Sequence record: MK524176.1 | Strand: one strand, 5' to 3' | Source of the DNA: Escherichia phage PHB11 | DNA length: 64,000 bases | In this document: one piece after another, positions 23,377 to 40,076 of the stretch | How positions within the stretch are numbered: the stretch's first letter is position 1 | How the letters are laid out: every line of letters starts with the position of its first letter | Position numbers and translations under genes: made by a program | Notes under the pieces: model-generated | Database searches by the model: none | The model's input: only the letters and a program-made list of their open reading frames with translations | Told to the model about the DNA's origin: nothing

Positions 23377-23826
23377 ATGTGTTATACAGGCGACCCAGCC
23401 AATAACCCTCTTGATAGAGTAAGAATCCTCTGCACAGACACCAATAATGATGAAATTCTTATTGAGCAGTCTGTGCTAGAGTGGTTCTATCTAGAATCTG
23501 GAAAGGATGAAAAGAAAGCAGCCATCAAAGCTCTTAAATATTTACTCTTTCAAGTAGCCAAGATGGGAGATGAGAAGGTTGGTGGTGTTTATTTACGTAA
23601 CTCTTCCAGATTCAAGTCTCTGAAAGCTGTTTATGATGACCTTGTTAAAAGCTCTGTTTCAGGACTGCCCTATGCAGGTGGTATTAATCAGTGCGATATT
23701 GACATGCGTCGTCAAAATCCTTGCTCTGTCAAGAAATACACAGAATATGGTGATGCTGCCAGATACGAAGGCAGAGATTACTGCAACCGTGTTAATGGCG
23801 TATTTATTATCGAGCGAGATGAATAA
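23377..23826 (+). CDS. Hypothetical head-completion protein
   Basis: 149-aa ORF, GGAGG RBS. Confidence 0.45.
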   Translation: MCYTGDPANNPLDRVRILCTDTNNDEILIEQSVLEWFYLESGKDEKKAAIKALKYLLFQVAKMGDEKVGGVYLRNSSRFKSLKAVYDDLVKSSVSGLPYAGGINQCDIDMRRQNPCSVKKYTEYGDAARYEGRDYCNRVNGVFIIERDE

Positions 23827-24308
23827 TGGTTAAAAGGGTTATTCACCCCGCTAGAGCAAAATTAGTCGGGGCTATGAAGAACTTGCAAACGGCTAATGCT
23901 CAAGTTGGGTATTTTCGAGAACAAGGTCAACATAGCTCTGGTTTTTCTTATCCTGCTTTAATGTATTTACAAGAAGTTATTGGGGTTCCTTCAGCTTCTG
24001 GTAAAGTATATCGTAGGTTGTTTGAAATCACTATGATGCTAAACAGACAGACCTTGTTAGAGCAGACTAAGAAGAATCTATATAAGCAACTTAGCAGTCT
24101 CAACACAGACCCTTCAAATACCTTAGAAGCATTTGCAAAGAATGCTCAGAAGGCAATTAAAAGAGGTTTTGGTAATTCTGCTATCCTCCCTCCTAACGCA
24201 CCTTCCACAGTCAAGAAAAAAGGCTTTAATGCACCTCTTGTTGAGACAGGTGACTTAAGGGAGAACCTTGCTTATAAAATTTCTACTAAGAAGGGTATTA
24301 AAAAATGA
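23826..24308 (+). CDS. Hypothetical head-tail joining protein
   Basis: 160-aa ORF, overlapping start/stop. Confidence 0.45.
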   Translation: MVKRVIHPARAKLVGAMKNLQTANAQVGYFREQGQHSSGFSYPALMYLQEVIGVPSASGKVYRRLFEITMMLNRQTLLEQTKKNLYKQLSSLNTDPSNTLEAFAKNAQKAIKRGFGNSAILPPNAPSTVKKKGFNAPLVETGDLRENLAYKISTKKGIKK

Positions 24309-24706
24309 GGCTCTTAAACAGACACAGCTTTATAGTAAAGCGTAAAGTCTCTGAAGACGGTTATTATAATGATGATGGTGATTGGGTAGCTTCACAAGAT
24401 ATTGTAGAGGTTAACTGTAAAGGTAATATCCAGCCATATATCAAAGGTTCTGTAAAGAATGGTACACAGATTGCTTTACCGGAAGGTATTAGGCTTACCG
24501 ATACAAGAATCTTGTATACCACATATAAACTTAGAACTTCAGATGATGTAGAGTGGAATGAGTCTGATATTGTTATGATTGATGGTCATGAGTATGAAGT
24601 ATTTATGACTATGGATTGGTCACAGCAATTAGCCCATACGTCCCATTATGAATATATCATTATTAGAAGGGATAAAATGAATGCAGTTAGAAACAGCAGA
24701 ACTTGA
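24305..24706 (+). CDS. Hypothetical head-tail joining protein
   Basis: 133-aa ORF. Confidence 0.45.
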   Translation: MRLLNRHSFIVKRKVSEDGYYNDDGDWVASQDIVEVNCKGNIQPYIKGSVKNGTQIALPEGIRLTDTRILYTTYKLRTSDDVEWNESDIVMIDGHEYEVFMTMDWSQQLAHTSHYEYIIIRRDKMNAVRNSRT

Positions 24707-25280
24707 AAAAGGTCTAGTTAGAACCTTAGTGGATGTTATTGGTCACAGACTAGCTCGTGATAAGAATAATAGACCAAACGTAATTAGAGCTTACCCTTCT
24801 GATAACTCAAATGACAAAGGTTTAAAACCTGACCAGCCATTTATTACCGTATATTGTCAAGATGCTGCAACACCTTATGGTTGGGTTCTTGATAAGTTTG
24901 TTGAGGATGATGTAGTTTGCTACAGAATTGCTTTTCAGATTCCAGTATTAATTACGGTAAATGGTAAAGGTGCTCACAGTATTATGCTTGAGCTTAAACA
25001 ACGATTAGAGATGAGTTCAGTCAGAGATTTAATTCTTGAAGAGACAGGAGCTACAGTTCTAGATACTGGAGCTATCCCAAATGACTATACTTATCTTAAT
25101 ACAGATTTCGAAAATTCTGCACCTCTTGTTGTAACTCTTGTAAAAAATTCAGTCCTGAAAGATGAACGTGGAGGTATTATTGAACGTGTCATCGTTGATG
25201 GTGAATTAGTTTACGAAGAAGGACAAGAGCCACCAGAATATACTATCCATCTAGATGTAGACTCCAAAGGGGTAAAATAA
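24681..25280 (+). CDS. Hypothetical structural protein
   Basis: 199-aa ORF. Confidence 0.45.
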   Translation: MQLETAELEKGLVRTLVDVIGHRLARDKNNRPNVIRAYPSDNSNDKGLKPDQPFITVYCQDAATPYGWVLDKFVEDDVVCYRIAFQIPVLITVNGKGAHSIMLELKQRLEMSSVRDLILEETGATVLDTGAIPNDYTYLNTDFENSAPLVVTLVKNSVLKDERGGIIERVIVDGELVYEEGQEPPEYTIHLDVDSKGVK

Positions 25281-26633
25281 ATGTGGAATCCAATTGTTAA
25301 TGTAGATATTACATTGAACACCGCAGGAACTACAAGAGAAGGTTTTGGGCTACCACTATTTTTAGCTTCAACAGATAACTTTGAAGAAAGAGTCCGTGGT
25401 TACACTTCCTTAACTGAAGTTGCTGAAGATTTCGATGAAAATTCTGCTGCATATAAGGCTGCTAAACAACTTTGGAGTCAGACTCCTAAAGTAACCCAGC
25501 TTTATATTGGTAGACGTGCTATGCAGTACACTGTATCAATTCCTGACTCTGTTAATGAAAGTACCGATTATTCTTTAACTGTAGCTGTGGGCGGTGGAGT
25601 TTCTCAACCATTCCAGTACACTTCACAGTCAAAAGATACTGCTGAGAAGGTGTTACAGCAGCTTAAAACACAGATTGAAGCTGACCCAACAGTTAAAGAT
25701 AAGGTCACTGTCAATGTAACTGGTGCTGGCGGTTCAGCCACAATGGTAATCACCAAAGCTGGTGTGAACGACTTCGTGAAGGTTACTTCTACAGCACAAA
25801 CAGTGTCAATTGCAAGTACAACTGCTGACACAGCATCTACTGCTTTGGCAGCTATTGAAGCTTATTCAACTGACTGGTATTTCATTGCAGCAGAAGACAG
25901 AACTCAACAGTTTGTCTTAGCAATGGCTTCTGAGATTCAAGCTCGCAAGAAGATTTTCTTTACAGCTAACTCTGATGTAACAGCACTGCAAGGTACAGAA
26001 TTAGCCAGTGCAAATGATGTTCCAGCACAACTTGCTAAGAATAAATACACTCGTACAGTTTGCTTGTGGCATCACACAGCAGCAGAAGACTATCCAGAAA
26101 TGGCATACATTGCTTATGGTGCTCCATATGATGCAGGTTCAATTGCTTGGGGTAACGCACAGTTAACTGGTGTAGCTGCTTCTCTACAACCATCTAATCA
26201 TAGACCTCTGACAAGTATTCAGAAGTCAGCTTTAGATGCACGTCACTGTAACTTTATTGACCTTGATGGTGGTGTTCCAGTGGTTCGTAGAGGGATTACT
26301 TCTGGTGGGGAATGGATTGATATCATCCGTGGTGTTGACTGGTTAGAATCAGACCTGAAAACTTCTCTGAGAGACTTGCTAATTAATCAGAAGGGTGGTA
26401 AGATTACTTATGATGATACTGGTATTACCCGTATTCGTCAAGTCATTGAAACCTCTCTACAGAGAGCAGTCAACAGAAACTTCCTGTCATCTTACACAGT
26501 TAATGTTCCTAAAGCCTCTCAAGTTGCTTTAGCAGACAAGAAAGCTCGTATCCTGAAAGATGTTACCTTCTCAGGTATCTTAGCAGGGGCTATCTTGGAT
26601 GTTGACTTGAAAGGTACAGTGGCTTACGAATAA
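25281..26633 (+). CDS. Tail sheath protein (putative)
   Basis: 450-aa ORF followed by a 148-aa tube-sized ORF, two small chaperone-sized ORFs and the tape measure gene. Confidence 0.5.
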   Translation: MWNPIVNVDITLNTAGTTREGFGLPLFLASTDNFEERVRGYTSLTEVAEDFDENSAAYKAAKQLWSQTPKVTQLYIGRRAMQYTVSIPDSVNESTDYSLTVAVGGGVSQPFQYTSQSKDTAEKVLQQLKTQIEADPTVKDKVTVNVTGAGGSATMVITKAGVNDFVKVTSTAQTVSIASTTADTASTALAAIEAYSTDWYFIAAEDRTQQFVLAMASEIQARKKIFFTANSDVTALQGTELASANDVPAQLAKNKYTRTVCLWHHTAAEDYPEMAYIAYGAPYDAGSIAWGNAQLTGVAASLQPSNHRPLTSIQKSALDARHCNFIDLDGGVPVVRRGITSGGEWIDIIRGVDWLESDLKTSLRDLLINQKGGKITYDDTGITRIRQVIETSLQRAVNRNFLSSYTVNVPKASQVALADKKARILKDVTFSGILAGAILDVDLKGTVAYE

Positions 26634-26648
26634 TAGAGGTAAATTGGA

Positions 26649-27095
26649 ATGGCTATGTATCAGCAATATTCCCCTAAAGACGTTGTATGTAGCTGGAATG
26701 GCATTGCTATTGAAGGCTTTGCTCCAGATTCATTCTTGCGTCTACAGAGAACATCACCACTTATTACACCAGTTGTAGGTGCGGGTGGTCAGGTTGCTCT
26801 GACAAGAAATGCAGACAAGACAGGTACTATTGAGATTGAGCTAATGCAGACTTCTCTCTCTAATCAGATGCTTTCTGCAATTCAAGCTAAACAAGACAAT
26901 ATGGAACTTGAAGAAGATATCTCTTCTAACTTCGTAATCTACGACCCATCAGGCTCTGTTCTGGCAACTGGTATTAATGCTTGGTTGCAGGAACTACCGC
27001 AGATTGAACTTGGTCGTGACCAGAACTCTAAGACTTGGATTTTTGGTTGTGAGAAGCTAGACTACACTTCTACAATTCCAGCGTCAAGTGTTTAA
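26649..27095 (+). CDS. Tail tube protein (putative)
   Basis: 148-aa ORF between sheath and chaperone genes. Confidence 0.5.
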   Translation: MAMYQQYSPKDVVCSWNGIAIEGFAPDSFLRLQRTSPLITPVVGAGGQVALTRNADKTGTIEIELMQTSLSNQMLSAIQAKQDNMELEEDISSNFVIYDPSGSVLATGINAWLQELPQIELGRDQNSKTWIFGCEKLDYTSTIPASSV

Positions 27096-27107
27096 TAAAT
27101 CCTATAA

Positions 27108-27139
27108 GGGGGAGACTTTAAAAGGTCTTCCCCTTTTTT
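27108..27139 (+). terminator. Terminator-like hairpin after the tail tube gene
   Basis: GGGGGAGAC-N8-GTCTTCCCC then TTTTTT. Confidence 0.5.
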
Positions 27140-27168
27140 GTTTCTTTTAAAAGTATTAAGGAATCACA

Positions 27169-27567
27169 ATGAAAACAGAAGCTAGAGTAATTAATGGTAA
27201 GAAAGTAAATATCATTCTGCTTGGGGCAAGAGATGGTATTAAGATGTCTATGAAGTTGGGTAAAATTGTTGTTCCAACTTTTGCACAGATGCTATCAAGT
27301 CTGACTGATAAAGATAAGAAAGAAGTTCCAATGGTTCCATTTAAAGAACTTGTTGAGGCTTGTTTTGACAGAATTGAAGAAATTAACCTTGAAGAAATGG
27401 CTACCCTGCTATTTCAAGGGGCAACTGTTGATGACTTCCCACTTAATATTGATACATACTTCCAAGCAAACTATGGCGAATTTATTGATTACTTAGCATT
27501 TGCGCTGGAGGCAAACTTCGGAAGTTTTTTCGAAGCAAGCATTTTCAAAAGCCTAACTTCTCAGTAA
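27169..27567 (+). CDS. Tail assembly chaperone (putative)
   Basis: 132-aa acidic ORF immediately upstream of tape measure. Confidence 0.45.
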   Translation: MKTEARVINGKKVNIILLGARDGIKMSMKLGKIVVPTFAQMLSSLTDKDKKEVPMVPFKELVEACFDRIEEINLEEMATLLFQGATVDDFPLNIDTYFQANYGEFIDYLAFALEANFGSFFEASIFKSLTSQ

Positions 27568-27569
27568 AC

Positions 27570-27808
27570 ATGGGTAACACTCTACAGACACCACTAACTG
27601 ATGCTGCTGTAGAGGCAACCTATGAAGAAGCAGACGAGATGAAATTTGTGCTTGCTATTTATGGTATGGAAGGGTGTAAAGAAACACTTGACCAACTCTT
27701 TGCTATGACATTCTCTGATTTATTATCATTGAGACAATTTCTTGAAATTCAGAGGTCGTATAAAGAGGAAATTGCTTACAACGAACTTAGAAGAGCAGGA
27801 AAAATGTA

Positions 27809-27809
<1 letters not shown>
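27570..27809 (+). CDS. Tail assembly chaperone (putative, second)
   Basis: 79-aa ORF. Confidence 0.4.
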
Positions 27810-33172
<5,363 letters not shown>

Positions 33173-33173
<1 letters not shown>

Positions 33174-34642
33174 TGGCAGGACTAACTACAACAGGATTAC
33201 AAACTCTAAGATATCAGGAGATTTTTGATAATATCAAATCAAGACTTCTTAGAGATATTTCACCAAACCTTGACGTTTCTGAAGATAGTCAATTAGGACT
33301 CTTCCTAGCTTCAATTGCAAGGTCTTTAGCAGATACCCATGAGATTCTATCAGAAGTCTATGACGGTGGAACAATTGACAAGGCCGAAGGCTTTAACCTT
33401 GATGATATTACAGCTTTAAATGCTGTATATAGATATGTTGCTCAGGCAACAAGAGGTCAGGTAGAGTTTACTGGAACGACTGGTGCTACCATTCCTTCAA
33501 CAACAAGACTAAGAAGTACTGCCGGAAATATCTTTTATCCAGTTAACAACATTACCCTAACCCCATCATATTGTGTTGAAGCTGTCCTTGAAGTTAACTC
33601 TTTACGAACTGATGCAGATTATGTTATTATTATTGATAACGTCATTTTCTCATATAAACCAACCTCATCAGACACAATCACCACACTTCTAACAAAATTA
33701 GCAGAAGCTATTAATGGTGGTATTGTAGCAAAGGCAGAAGTCATTAATGATGGAGCATCATTAAGAGTCTATAAAGATGAGGGTGATATCATTGCCAGAA
33801 CAAACCCTATGGTTGTCACTGCGACAACGTTTCTGACCTTTACAAAAATTACAACTATTTCAGATGTAGTAGCTGAAGAGGTGGGTGCTACTCCTGCTTT
33901 GGCTGGTACACTTATTGAGATTGAGACAACTGTTGATGGCCTTGACAGTATTTATAACAGGTATGACTTAACAACTGGTAGAAACGAAGAAACTGACACA
34001 GAACTTAGACAGAGATATTTAGAGTCCTTAGCAGTTACTGGTGTAGGAACTTTGGATGCAATTGTAGCTGCTGTTAAAAGAGTTCAAGGTGTCTCAGATG
34101 CTTCAGGTGTTGAAAATGATACTGAAGAGACAAACTCAGAAGGTCTTCCACCAAAATCTTTTAAGATTGTTGTAGTTGGTGGTCAAAATGATAATGTAGC
34201 TCAGGCAATCTGGGATACAAAGCCTGCTGGTATTAGGGCTTATGGCTCAATTTTTGGTACAGCCCACGATTTAGGTGGTTTGGCACATAATATTTATTTC
34301 AGCAGACCAACACCAAAATACGCATTTGTTAAGGTGTCTTACTCACTATATGATGAAGAAAGCTTGACAATCCCTGAAGAGGATATCAGAGACAGTATTG
34401 TGCAAGGTATTAATGCCTACGGAAGAACTCTTAAGGTTGGTAATGATGTTATCCCTAACAGAATCTATGGACATATCTATGACGTAATTAAAGGTATTGA
34501 GATTAATGAAGTCAAGGTAGCATTATCAAACAGCCAATCAGTTCCACCTAGTGACGGACAATATACTACAGGAAGAATTACTGTTGACGGTGACCAATAT
34601 ACTGTTTGGGAAAGTAGCCAGTATACCATCACTAAGGAGTAA
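33173..34642 (+). CDS. Baseplate J-like protein (putative)
   Basis: 489-aa ORF in conserved W-J-I order. Confidence 0.5.
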
Positions 34643-34644
34643 TA

Positions 34645-35499
34645 ATGTTTGAAAAGATTGATAGTGTTTATTACAAAACACTTGATGAACGAACTGTAAC
34701 ACAGTTTAAAGATAAGTTTATCTACACAAGTATCTTGAAAGCAATCACTGATGAGTTACAAACATTAGAGGATGTTTGCTGGCAGATGCACACAGAGAGA
34801 AATATTAGGACGTCAGTAGGCCAACAACTTGATAATATTGGCTCACTGATTAAAGTTCCTAGACCTCTAGGTGCTGATGATGAAACATATAGAGCTATGC
34901 TTTATATCCAAATCTTCCTAAGACGCTCTGACACTACTCCAACATTCTTGCAAAAAGCAATTATGACACTATATGGTGCAACTTTCTCTCAGATTTTTGA
35001 GCATATTACTCCTAAGACTGGTGGTATCGTTATCCGTATTAACACCAGAAAAAACGTTCTTGATGCTGCATACACGCTATCAAAGATTTCTGCAACAACA
35101 ACTGGTTCTGCTGTTATCTTAAGAGATGTTACTTTAAAGGGGACTGCTTGGACACCTGTAGAGGTTGCTGATTCAGCACTTGCTATTGTTGATGATAAAG
35201 AGAACTGGTTCGTAACTGATGCTAACAGGGGTCTTGTTACAAATAACACTGGTGGCTCTCTGGAGTCCAACCTAGTAGGGAGTCTTGCAGATGCTGGTGT
35301 TATTGATGGTTACTTTAAGGTTGACAGAACAGCAAACTCACAGAGTGATGATTACATGACTGTAGATAGGTCTAATAATAGTGGATATTTCATCGTTGGT
35401 AAAGAAGCTGTTGCAGGTGGTGCATACGGAATCATGGCTGAGGTTGCACAAATTGTCAAAGGCAGAAAAGATAAATCACAACAAGAAGGAAATTCTTAA
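34645..35499 (+). CDS. Baseplate/tail fiber-associated protein, gpI-like (putative)
   Basis: 284-aa ORF after the J-like gene. Confidence 0.4.
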   Translation: MFEKIDSVYYKTLDERTVTQFKDKFIYTSILKAITDELQTLEDVCWQMHTERNIRTSVGQQLDNIGSLIKVPRPLGADDETYRAMLYIQIFLRRSDTTPTFLQKAIMTLYGATFSQIFEHITPKTGGIVIRINTRKNVLDAAYTLSKISATTTGSAVILRDVTLKGTAWTPVEVADSALAIVDDKENWFVTDANRGLVTNNTGGSLESNLVGSLADAGVIDGYFKVDRTANSQSDDYMTVDRSNNSGYFIVGKEAVAGGAYGIMAEVAQIVKGRKDKSQQEGNS

Positions 35500-35801
35500 T
35501 GGCAGTTTTAAATTGGTCTACAAATGAAGTGGATACTGATGGTAATCAGTTAAAAGTTTTACCACCACCGGAAATTCAAGAGACAGGTCTTTTAAAGGGT
35601 GAGCCTATGGGTAGACAGTGGTTCAACTATATTATCAACTACCTGCTGAATAAAGTAAACGGCACTGTTGGTGAAGTTCGCTCATATGCAACTGAGCAAC
35701 CAGATTTAGTGGCTAATGGCTGGAATCTAATTAAGTCTGAGACAGGGACTGCATCAACAAGCACAAGAAACCTTTACACATATGAATATGTAGGAGCTTA
35801 A
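35499..35801 (+). CDS. Hypothetical tail protein
   Basis: 100-aa ORF. Confidence 0.4.
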   Translation: MAVLNWSTNEVDTDGNQLKVLPPPEIQETGLLKGEPMGRQWFNYIINYLLNKVNGTVGEVRSYATEQPDLVANGWNLIKSETGTASTSTRNLYTYEYVGA

Positions 35802-35803
35802 TA

Positions 35804-36979
35804 ATGGCAGTAGGTGAAATTCAAATTAGTGCCTTGCCACAAGCGGCCTTACCAATTGATTTGAGTGATATCTTCCATCTTAAGCAAGGTGTTGAGGATA
35901 AAAGATGTACGCTTGAACAGTTGTTAGCACCTCACACATCTTTGAGGAATAACCCTCATGGTGTAACTAAATCGCAAGTTGGTCTTGATAATGTTATTAA
36001 CTCACTCCAATTGGTCGCAGCTAATAACTTGTCAGACATTGTAGATGTTGCTGAGGCAAGAGCAAATCTACAGATTATGTCGTCAGATGAAGTGAACAGT
36101 TTAATTCAGAGACATATCGACGACAAAAGTAACCCACACAATACAACGAAAGCACAGGTAGGGTTAAGTAATGTTCAGAACTGGACAACATCCAACTTAT
36201 ACAATGAAGATGCTGATAAATATGCTACCGCGAGAGCAGTGAATAATCTATACAAAGCTATCCAAGCATCATATCCAGTGGGGACTATTCATCTGTCTGT
36301 TAACTCTGCTAACCCATCCACTTACTTGCTTTGTGGAGGTACTTGGGAGTTGGTTTCTAAAGGTAGGGCGCTTGTTGGTTATGATACAGAAGCTAGACCT
36401 GTTGGTTCAACGTTCGGTTCTCAGACTGTAGCATTAACAAATAATAATTTACCAGCACACACCCACTCTATCTATTTAACAGGTGGTGGTCACACACACT
36501 CTGCAAGCGTATCTATCTCTAGTTTTGATTATGGTTCAAAAAGTACATCAACTTTTGATTACGGTACAAAAACGACTAATAGTGCTGGTGCTCACACTCA
36601 CACGTTTAGCGGCACGACAAGTAATGATGGTAACCATAACCATAGAGTACCACTGAGAGGTAATGATAGAAGTGGGGGGGATGCTATTACTGCATCTGCT
36701 TATGCTGGGGTTAATAATAATACGTATACTGATTTAGCAGGTGCTCACACCCATAGCTTCTCAGGCACAACTGCATCATCTGGTGCTCATAACCATACTG
36801 TTGCAATTGGTGCTCATAGCCACACTGTTAATATTGGTTCACACAGTCATACGGGTGCTGTTACTGTCTCTAGCTCTGAACATACACACTCAGGAACATC
36901 TGGTTCTGTTGGTGGTGGTCAAGCTTTCAGTGTTGAGCAGCCATCTTTTGTCGTATATGTATGGCAGAGAACAGCTTAA
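35804..36979 (+). CDS. Tail fiber protein with His-rich HxH repeats
   Basis: 391 aa; repeated HTHS/HNHT/HSHT motifs; C-terminus ...FSVEQPSFVVYVWQRTA resembles that of 37026..39395. Confidence 0.6.
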   Translation: MAVGEIQISALPQAALPIDLSDIFHLKQGVEDKRCTLEQLLAPHTSLRNNPHGVTKSQVGLDNVINSLQLVAANNLSDIVDVAEARANLQIMSSDEVNSLIQRHIDDKSNPHNTTKAQVGLSNVQNWTTSNLYNEDADKYATARAVNNLYKAIQASYPVGTIHLSVNSANPSTYLLCGGTWELVSKGRALVGYDTEARPVGSTFGSQTVALTNNNLPAHTHSIYLTGGGHTHSASVSISSFDYGSKSTSTFDYGTKTTNSAGAHTHTFSGTTSNDGNHNHRVPLRGNDRSGGDAITASAYAGVNNNTYTDLAGAHTHSFSGTTASSGAHNHTVAIGAHSHTVNIGSHSHTGAVTVSSSEHTHSGTSGSVGGGQAFSVEQPSFVVYVWQRTA

Positions 36980-37025
36980 TTTCTTTACAGGGGCTTTGTA
37001 GCCCCTTTTAAGAGGAAAATTTATA

Positions 37026-39395
37026 ATGGCAGATTACAAATTGAGTCAATTAAACTCAATCGACACAATTCGTTCAGAAGACCTATTGCACATCAGAGTT
37101 AAGAAAAGACCTGAAATGTTGGGTGACGAAGACCGTAGAATGACCTATCAAGACTTCTTAGCTTCCTTCAAACTAGAAAGGTTTGTTCAGATTGCTGGGA
37201 GTACTATGGTTGGGGATTTAGGTATTGTCAAGTTACTTTACGGTGGCAAGGCTGTATTTGACCCAACAGATTCTTCTGAGATTACTATTGGGGATGTTTT
37301 AAAGACTTTTAAAATTAACGCAAATGGTCTTAAACTAACTATTGCAGATGCTTCAAGGTCGGCAACTGTTTATCATACTTTGAATAAGCCAAGCCCTAAT
37401 GAGCTTGGGATGAGAACTAATGAAGAGAATGATGCAAGATATGCAAGGCTTGCTGTCACAAATAACTTCAGCATTAGGCAAGCAATCATAACTGATGGTG
37501 AGCAGTTAACTCTTAAGAAGGCAACCAATGCAGGTGCTTCATATATTCAAGGTAGAGATACTAATAACCAGCAAACTTGGTATGTTGGACAGGGAAATGC
37601 AAACAGCACTAATGTTTATTTGTACAATCATGCTACTGGTGCAATGTTAACCCTTGATGCAACAGCAGCATTTAATAAGTCACTTAGAATCACTGGACAA
37701 GTTCAACCTTCGGATTTCTCTAACTTAGATGCTAGATACTTCACTCAGACAGTTGCTAATCAGAGATTTGCACAGTTAGCTGGTAATAACACTTTTACAG
37801 GTGCTAATACATTTAATAACTATATCAGTGTGAACTCTAATGCTGCTGCTATCGTGCTAAAAAATAAGTCTGCTAATGAGTCTTTGTACATCCTAGCAAA
37901 AGATGTTGAAAACAATAATCTGTGGTTTATTGGTAAAGGTAGTGCAAATGACAATATCACATTTTATGATTACAAGGGCAATACTTCTATTGTATTAAAC
38001 TCGTCTGGTGCTGCATTCAGCAAGACTGTAAAAATCACTGGTCAAGTCCAACCTTCAGATTGGGCTAACATTGACTCTAGATATATTCCGGCAGATATTT
38101 TAAGCAATCTTGCTAAAATTAATGTAACTAACACATTTACCTCCCAGCAAATTATCCAAGCAAATGGTGAAGCTATTAGGCTAAAAAACTCTTCTGAGAA
38201 CTCACCATTGTATATCAGAGCACAGGACAACACTGGTGCTTATAGGTGGTATGTAGGTAATGGCTCGGGGAGTGATGATGTCACCATCCGCAATCACAAG
38301 ACAGATTGTGAGGTTATCCTATCTAGTGTCGTTGCTATTAATAAAACATTAAGCATCACTGGTCAAGTTAAACCCTCAGATTTCTCTAACTTAGATGCTA
38401 GATATTACACGCAATCTACCGCAAACTCTAGGTATATGCTTGCTTACTCTTCTGGCAGTGGTACAGAGGTGGGTGAGAGTGATGGTATTGTTTGGAATGC
38501 TAAAACTGGTCTGTATAATGTGTATAATAAATCTGGTGGCTCAACACAGCTAGTCTACCATATGTATCAGGGTACAAGTTCTACACCATCTGCACAGTTT
38601 AAGTTTATCTACAGGAATGGTGGTATTTTTTACAGGACAGCACGAGATGGGTATGGTTTTGAGCAGGCATGGGCTAAAATCTATACAGACCAAGATAAAC
38701 CAACCCCTTCAGAGATTGGTGCGTACACTAAAGCTGAAACTGACCAGAAGATTGCAGAAGCGATTAGTGACTCTACAGACCTGAATAAAATCTATCCAGT
38801 AGGTATTGTGACGTGGTTTAACAGTAATGTTAACCCTAATACAGCACTTCCTGGGTTAACTTGGACGTACCTGAACAATGGTGTTGGTAGAACTATTAGA
38901 ATTGCAGCAGCAAACGGTTCAGATGTTGCTACAACTGGTGGTTCAGATTCTGTAACACTATCTGTTGGTAACTTACCTTCACACACGCATAGTTTCTCTG
39001 CTACCACTTCATCATTTGATTATGGTACTAAGACGACAAATACGACTGGCAACCATGCTCATGATAGAGGTAACATGGAAATTTCTGGTGTGTTTGGTTG
39101 GTTCAGAAGTGATAACGGTGCATTCTACACTGCTAGTGGTGCATTTGTGATGGGTGGTAGTCAGGCTTCGCATGGCTTCACAGGCTCTAACTTCACTTAT
39201 GGTGCGCCTGTTGATTTCCACGCGTCAAGAACTTGGACAGGTGTAACCAACACGACTGGTAACCACGCCCACAGTGTAGGTATTGGCGCTCACAGCCACA
39301 CAGTTAGTGGTAACACAGGTGGTACTGGTTCTGGTTCAGCATTTAGTGTTACTAACCAGTTCTATAAGCTAATGGCTTGGGTAAGGACTGCTTAA
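37026..39395 (+). CDS. Long tail fiber protein (paralogous C-terminal HxH domain)
   Basis: 789 aa; internal repeats (ITGQVQPSD.SNLDARY x3); C-terminal HTHSFSATTSSFDYGTKTTN ... HAHSVGIGAHSHTV ... AWVRTA. Confidence 0.6.
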   Translation: MADYKLSQLNSIDTIRSEDLLHIRVKKRPEMLGDEDRRMTYQDFLASFKLERFVQIAGSTMVGDLGIVKLLYGGKAVFDPTDSSEITIGDVLKTFKINANGLKLTIADASRSATVYHTLNKPSPNELGMRTNEENDARYARLAVTNNFSIRQAIITDGEQLTLKKATNAGASYIQGRDTNNQQTWYVGQGNANSTNVYLYNHATGAMLTLDATAAFNKSLRITGQVQPSDFSNLDARYFTQTVANQRFAQLAGNNTFTGANTFNNYISVNSNAAAIVLKNKSANESLYILAKDVENNNLWFIGKGSANDNITFYDYKGNTSIVLNSSGAAFSKTVKITGQVQPSDWANIDSRYIPADILSNLAKINVTNTFTSQQIIQANGEAIRLKNSSENSPLYIRAQDNTGAYRWYVGNGSGSDDVTIRNHKTDCEVILSSVVAINKTLSITGQVKPSDFSNLDARYYTQSTANSRYMLAYSSGSGTEVGESDGIVWNAKTGLYNVYNKSGGSTQLVYHMYQGTSSTPSAQFKFIYRNGGIFYRTARDGYGFEQAWAKIYTDQDKPTPSEIGAYTKAETDQKIAEAISDSTDLNKIYPVGIVTWFNSNVNPNTALPGLTWTYLNNGVGRTIRIAAANGSDVATTGGSDSVTLSVGNLPSHTHSFSATTSSFDYGTKTTNTTGNHAHDRGNMEISGVFGWFRSDNGAFYTASGAFVMGGSQASHGFTGSNFTYGAPVDFHASRTWTGVTNTTGNHAHSVGIGAHSHTVSGNTGGTGSGSAFSVTNQFYKLMAWVRTA

Positions 39396-39474
39396 TCCCT
39401 TGTTGACTGATTGTTAAGATGGTGTTAATATTCTTTATGGGTATTCTCACCATCTTGGCTGATGAGGTGATTAA

Positions 39475-39672
39475 ATGCCTACAATCCTAGCAATTCTTCT
39501 AAAAAATCTAGGTAGCTTCTTCTGGAAACTCATTTTATCCCTTCTAAGTGAATACATGATTGAGAAAGTGTTCTTTAGGCTTGCAAGATACCTTGCGAGT
39601 AAAACAGACACACCTATTGATGATGAGTTCGTAGATAACTTAGAAAAAGCTTTTAAGGGGGAGAATAAATGA
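39475..39672 (+). CDS. Small membrane protein
   Basis: 65-aa ORF with hydrophobic N-terminus. Confidence 0.4.
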   Translation: MPTILAILLKNLGSFFWKLILSLLSEYMIEKVFFRLARYLASKTDTPIDDEFVDNLEKAFKGENK

Positions 39673-40040
39673 AGTGGCTAGAGGAAGCTTTTAAAAATAA
39701 TATTGGTGCAATTGTAGTTGGTATTTTTAGTGTTATTGGGATGTACACCACCATGCAAGTTTCGGATGGTAAACAAGAAGTGTCTATCACAACAAAGTTA
39801 CAGCAGTTAGATAATTATTCCAAAAGTAATTATTCAGCTATTCGTGATTTACAGTCTGATATGAGGCTGCTTCAGCTAGGGATGGAGAACCAGAAAGTCC
39901 AGTTAGAGAATGTTAAGGGTGAGAACGCAAAACTTACTAAGACTCTTGATAAATTCTCTGATAGTGTAAACAATCTGGCTCAATCAGTATCAGCCCTCCA
40001 AGCTATTACTGAAAAGAACACAAAGAATACTGAAAAGTAA
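39669..40040 (+). CDS. Membrane-anchored coiled-coil protein
   Basis: 123-aa ORF: N-terminal TM (IGAIVVGIFSVIGMY) followed by a helical region. Confidence 0.45.
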   Translation: MKWLEEAFKNNIGAIVVGIFSVIGMYTTMQVSDGKQEVSITTKLQQLDNYSKSNYSAIRDLQSDMRLLQLGMENQKVQLENVKGENAKLTKTLDKFSDSVNNLAQSVSALQAITEKNTKNTEK

Positions 40041-40046
40041 AGTTTA

Positions 40047-40075
40047 AGGCTCCTTTTTACGGGAGCCTTTTTTGT
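40047..40075 (+). terminator. Terminator hairpin between convergent genes
   Basis: GGCTCC-TTTTTAC-GGGAGCC then TTTTTT. Confidence 0.6.
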
Positions 40076-40076
40076 T

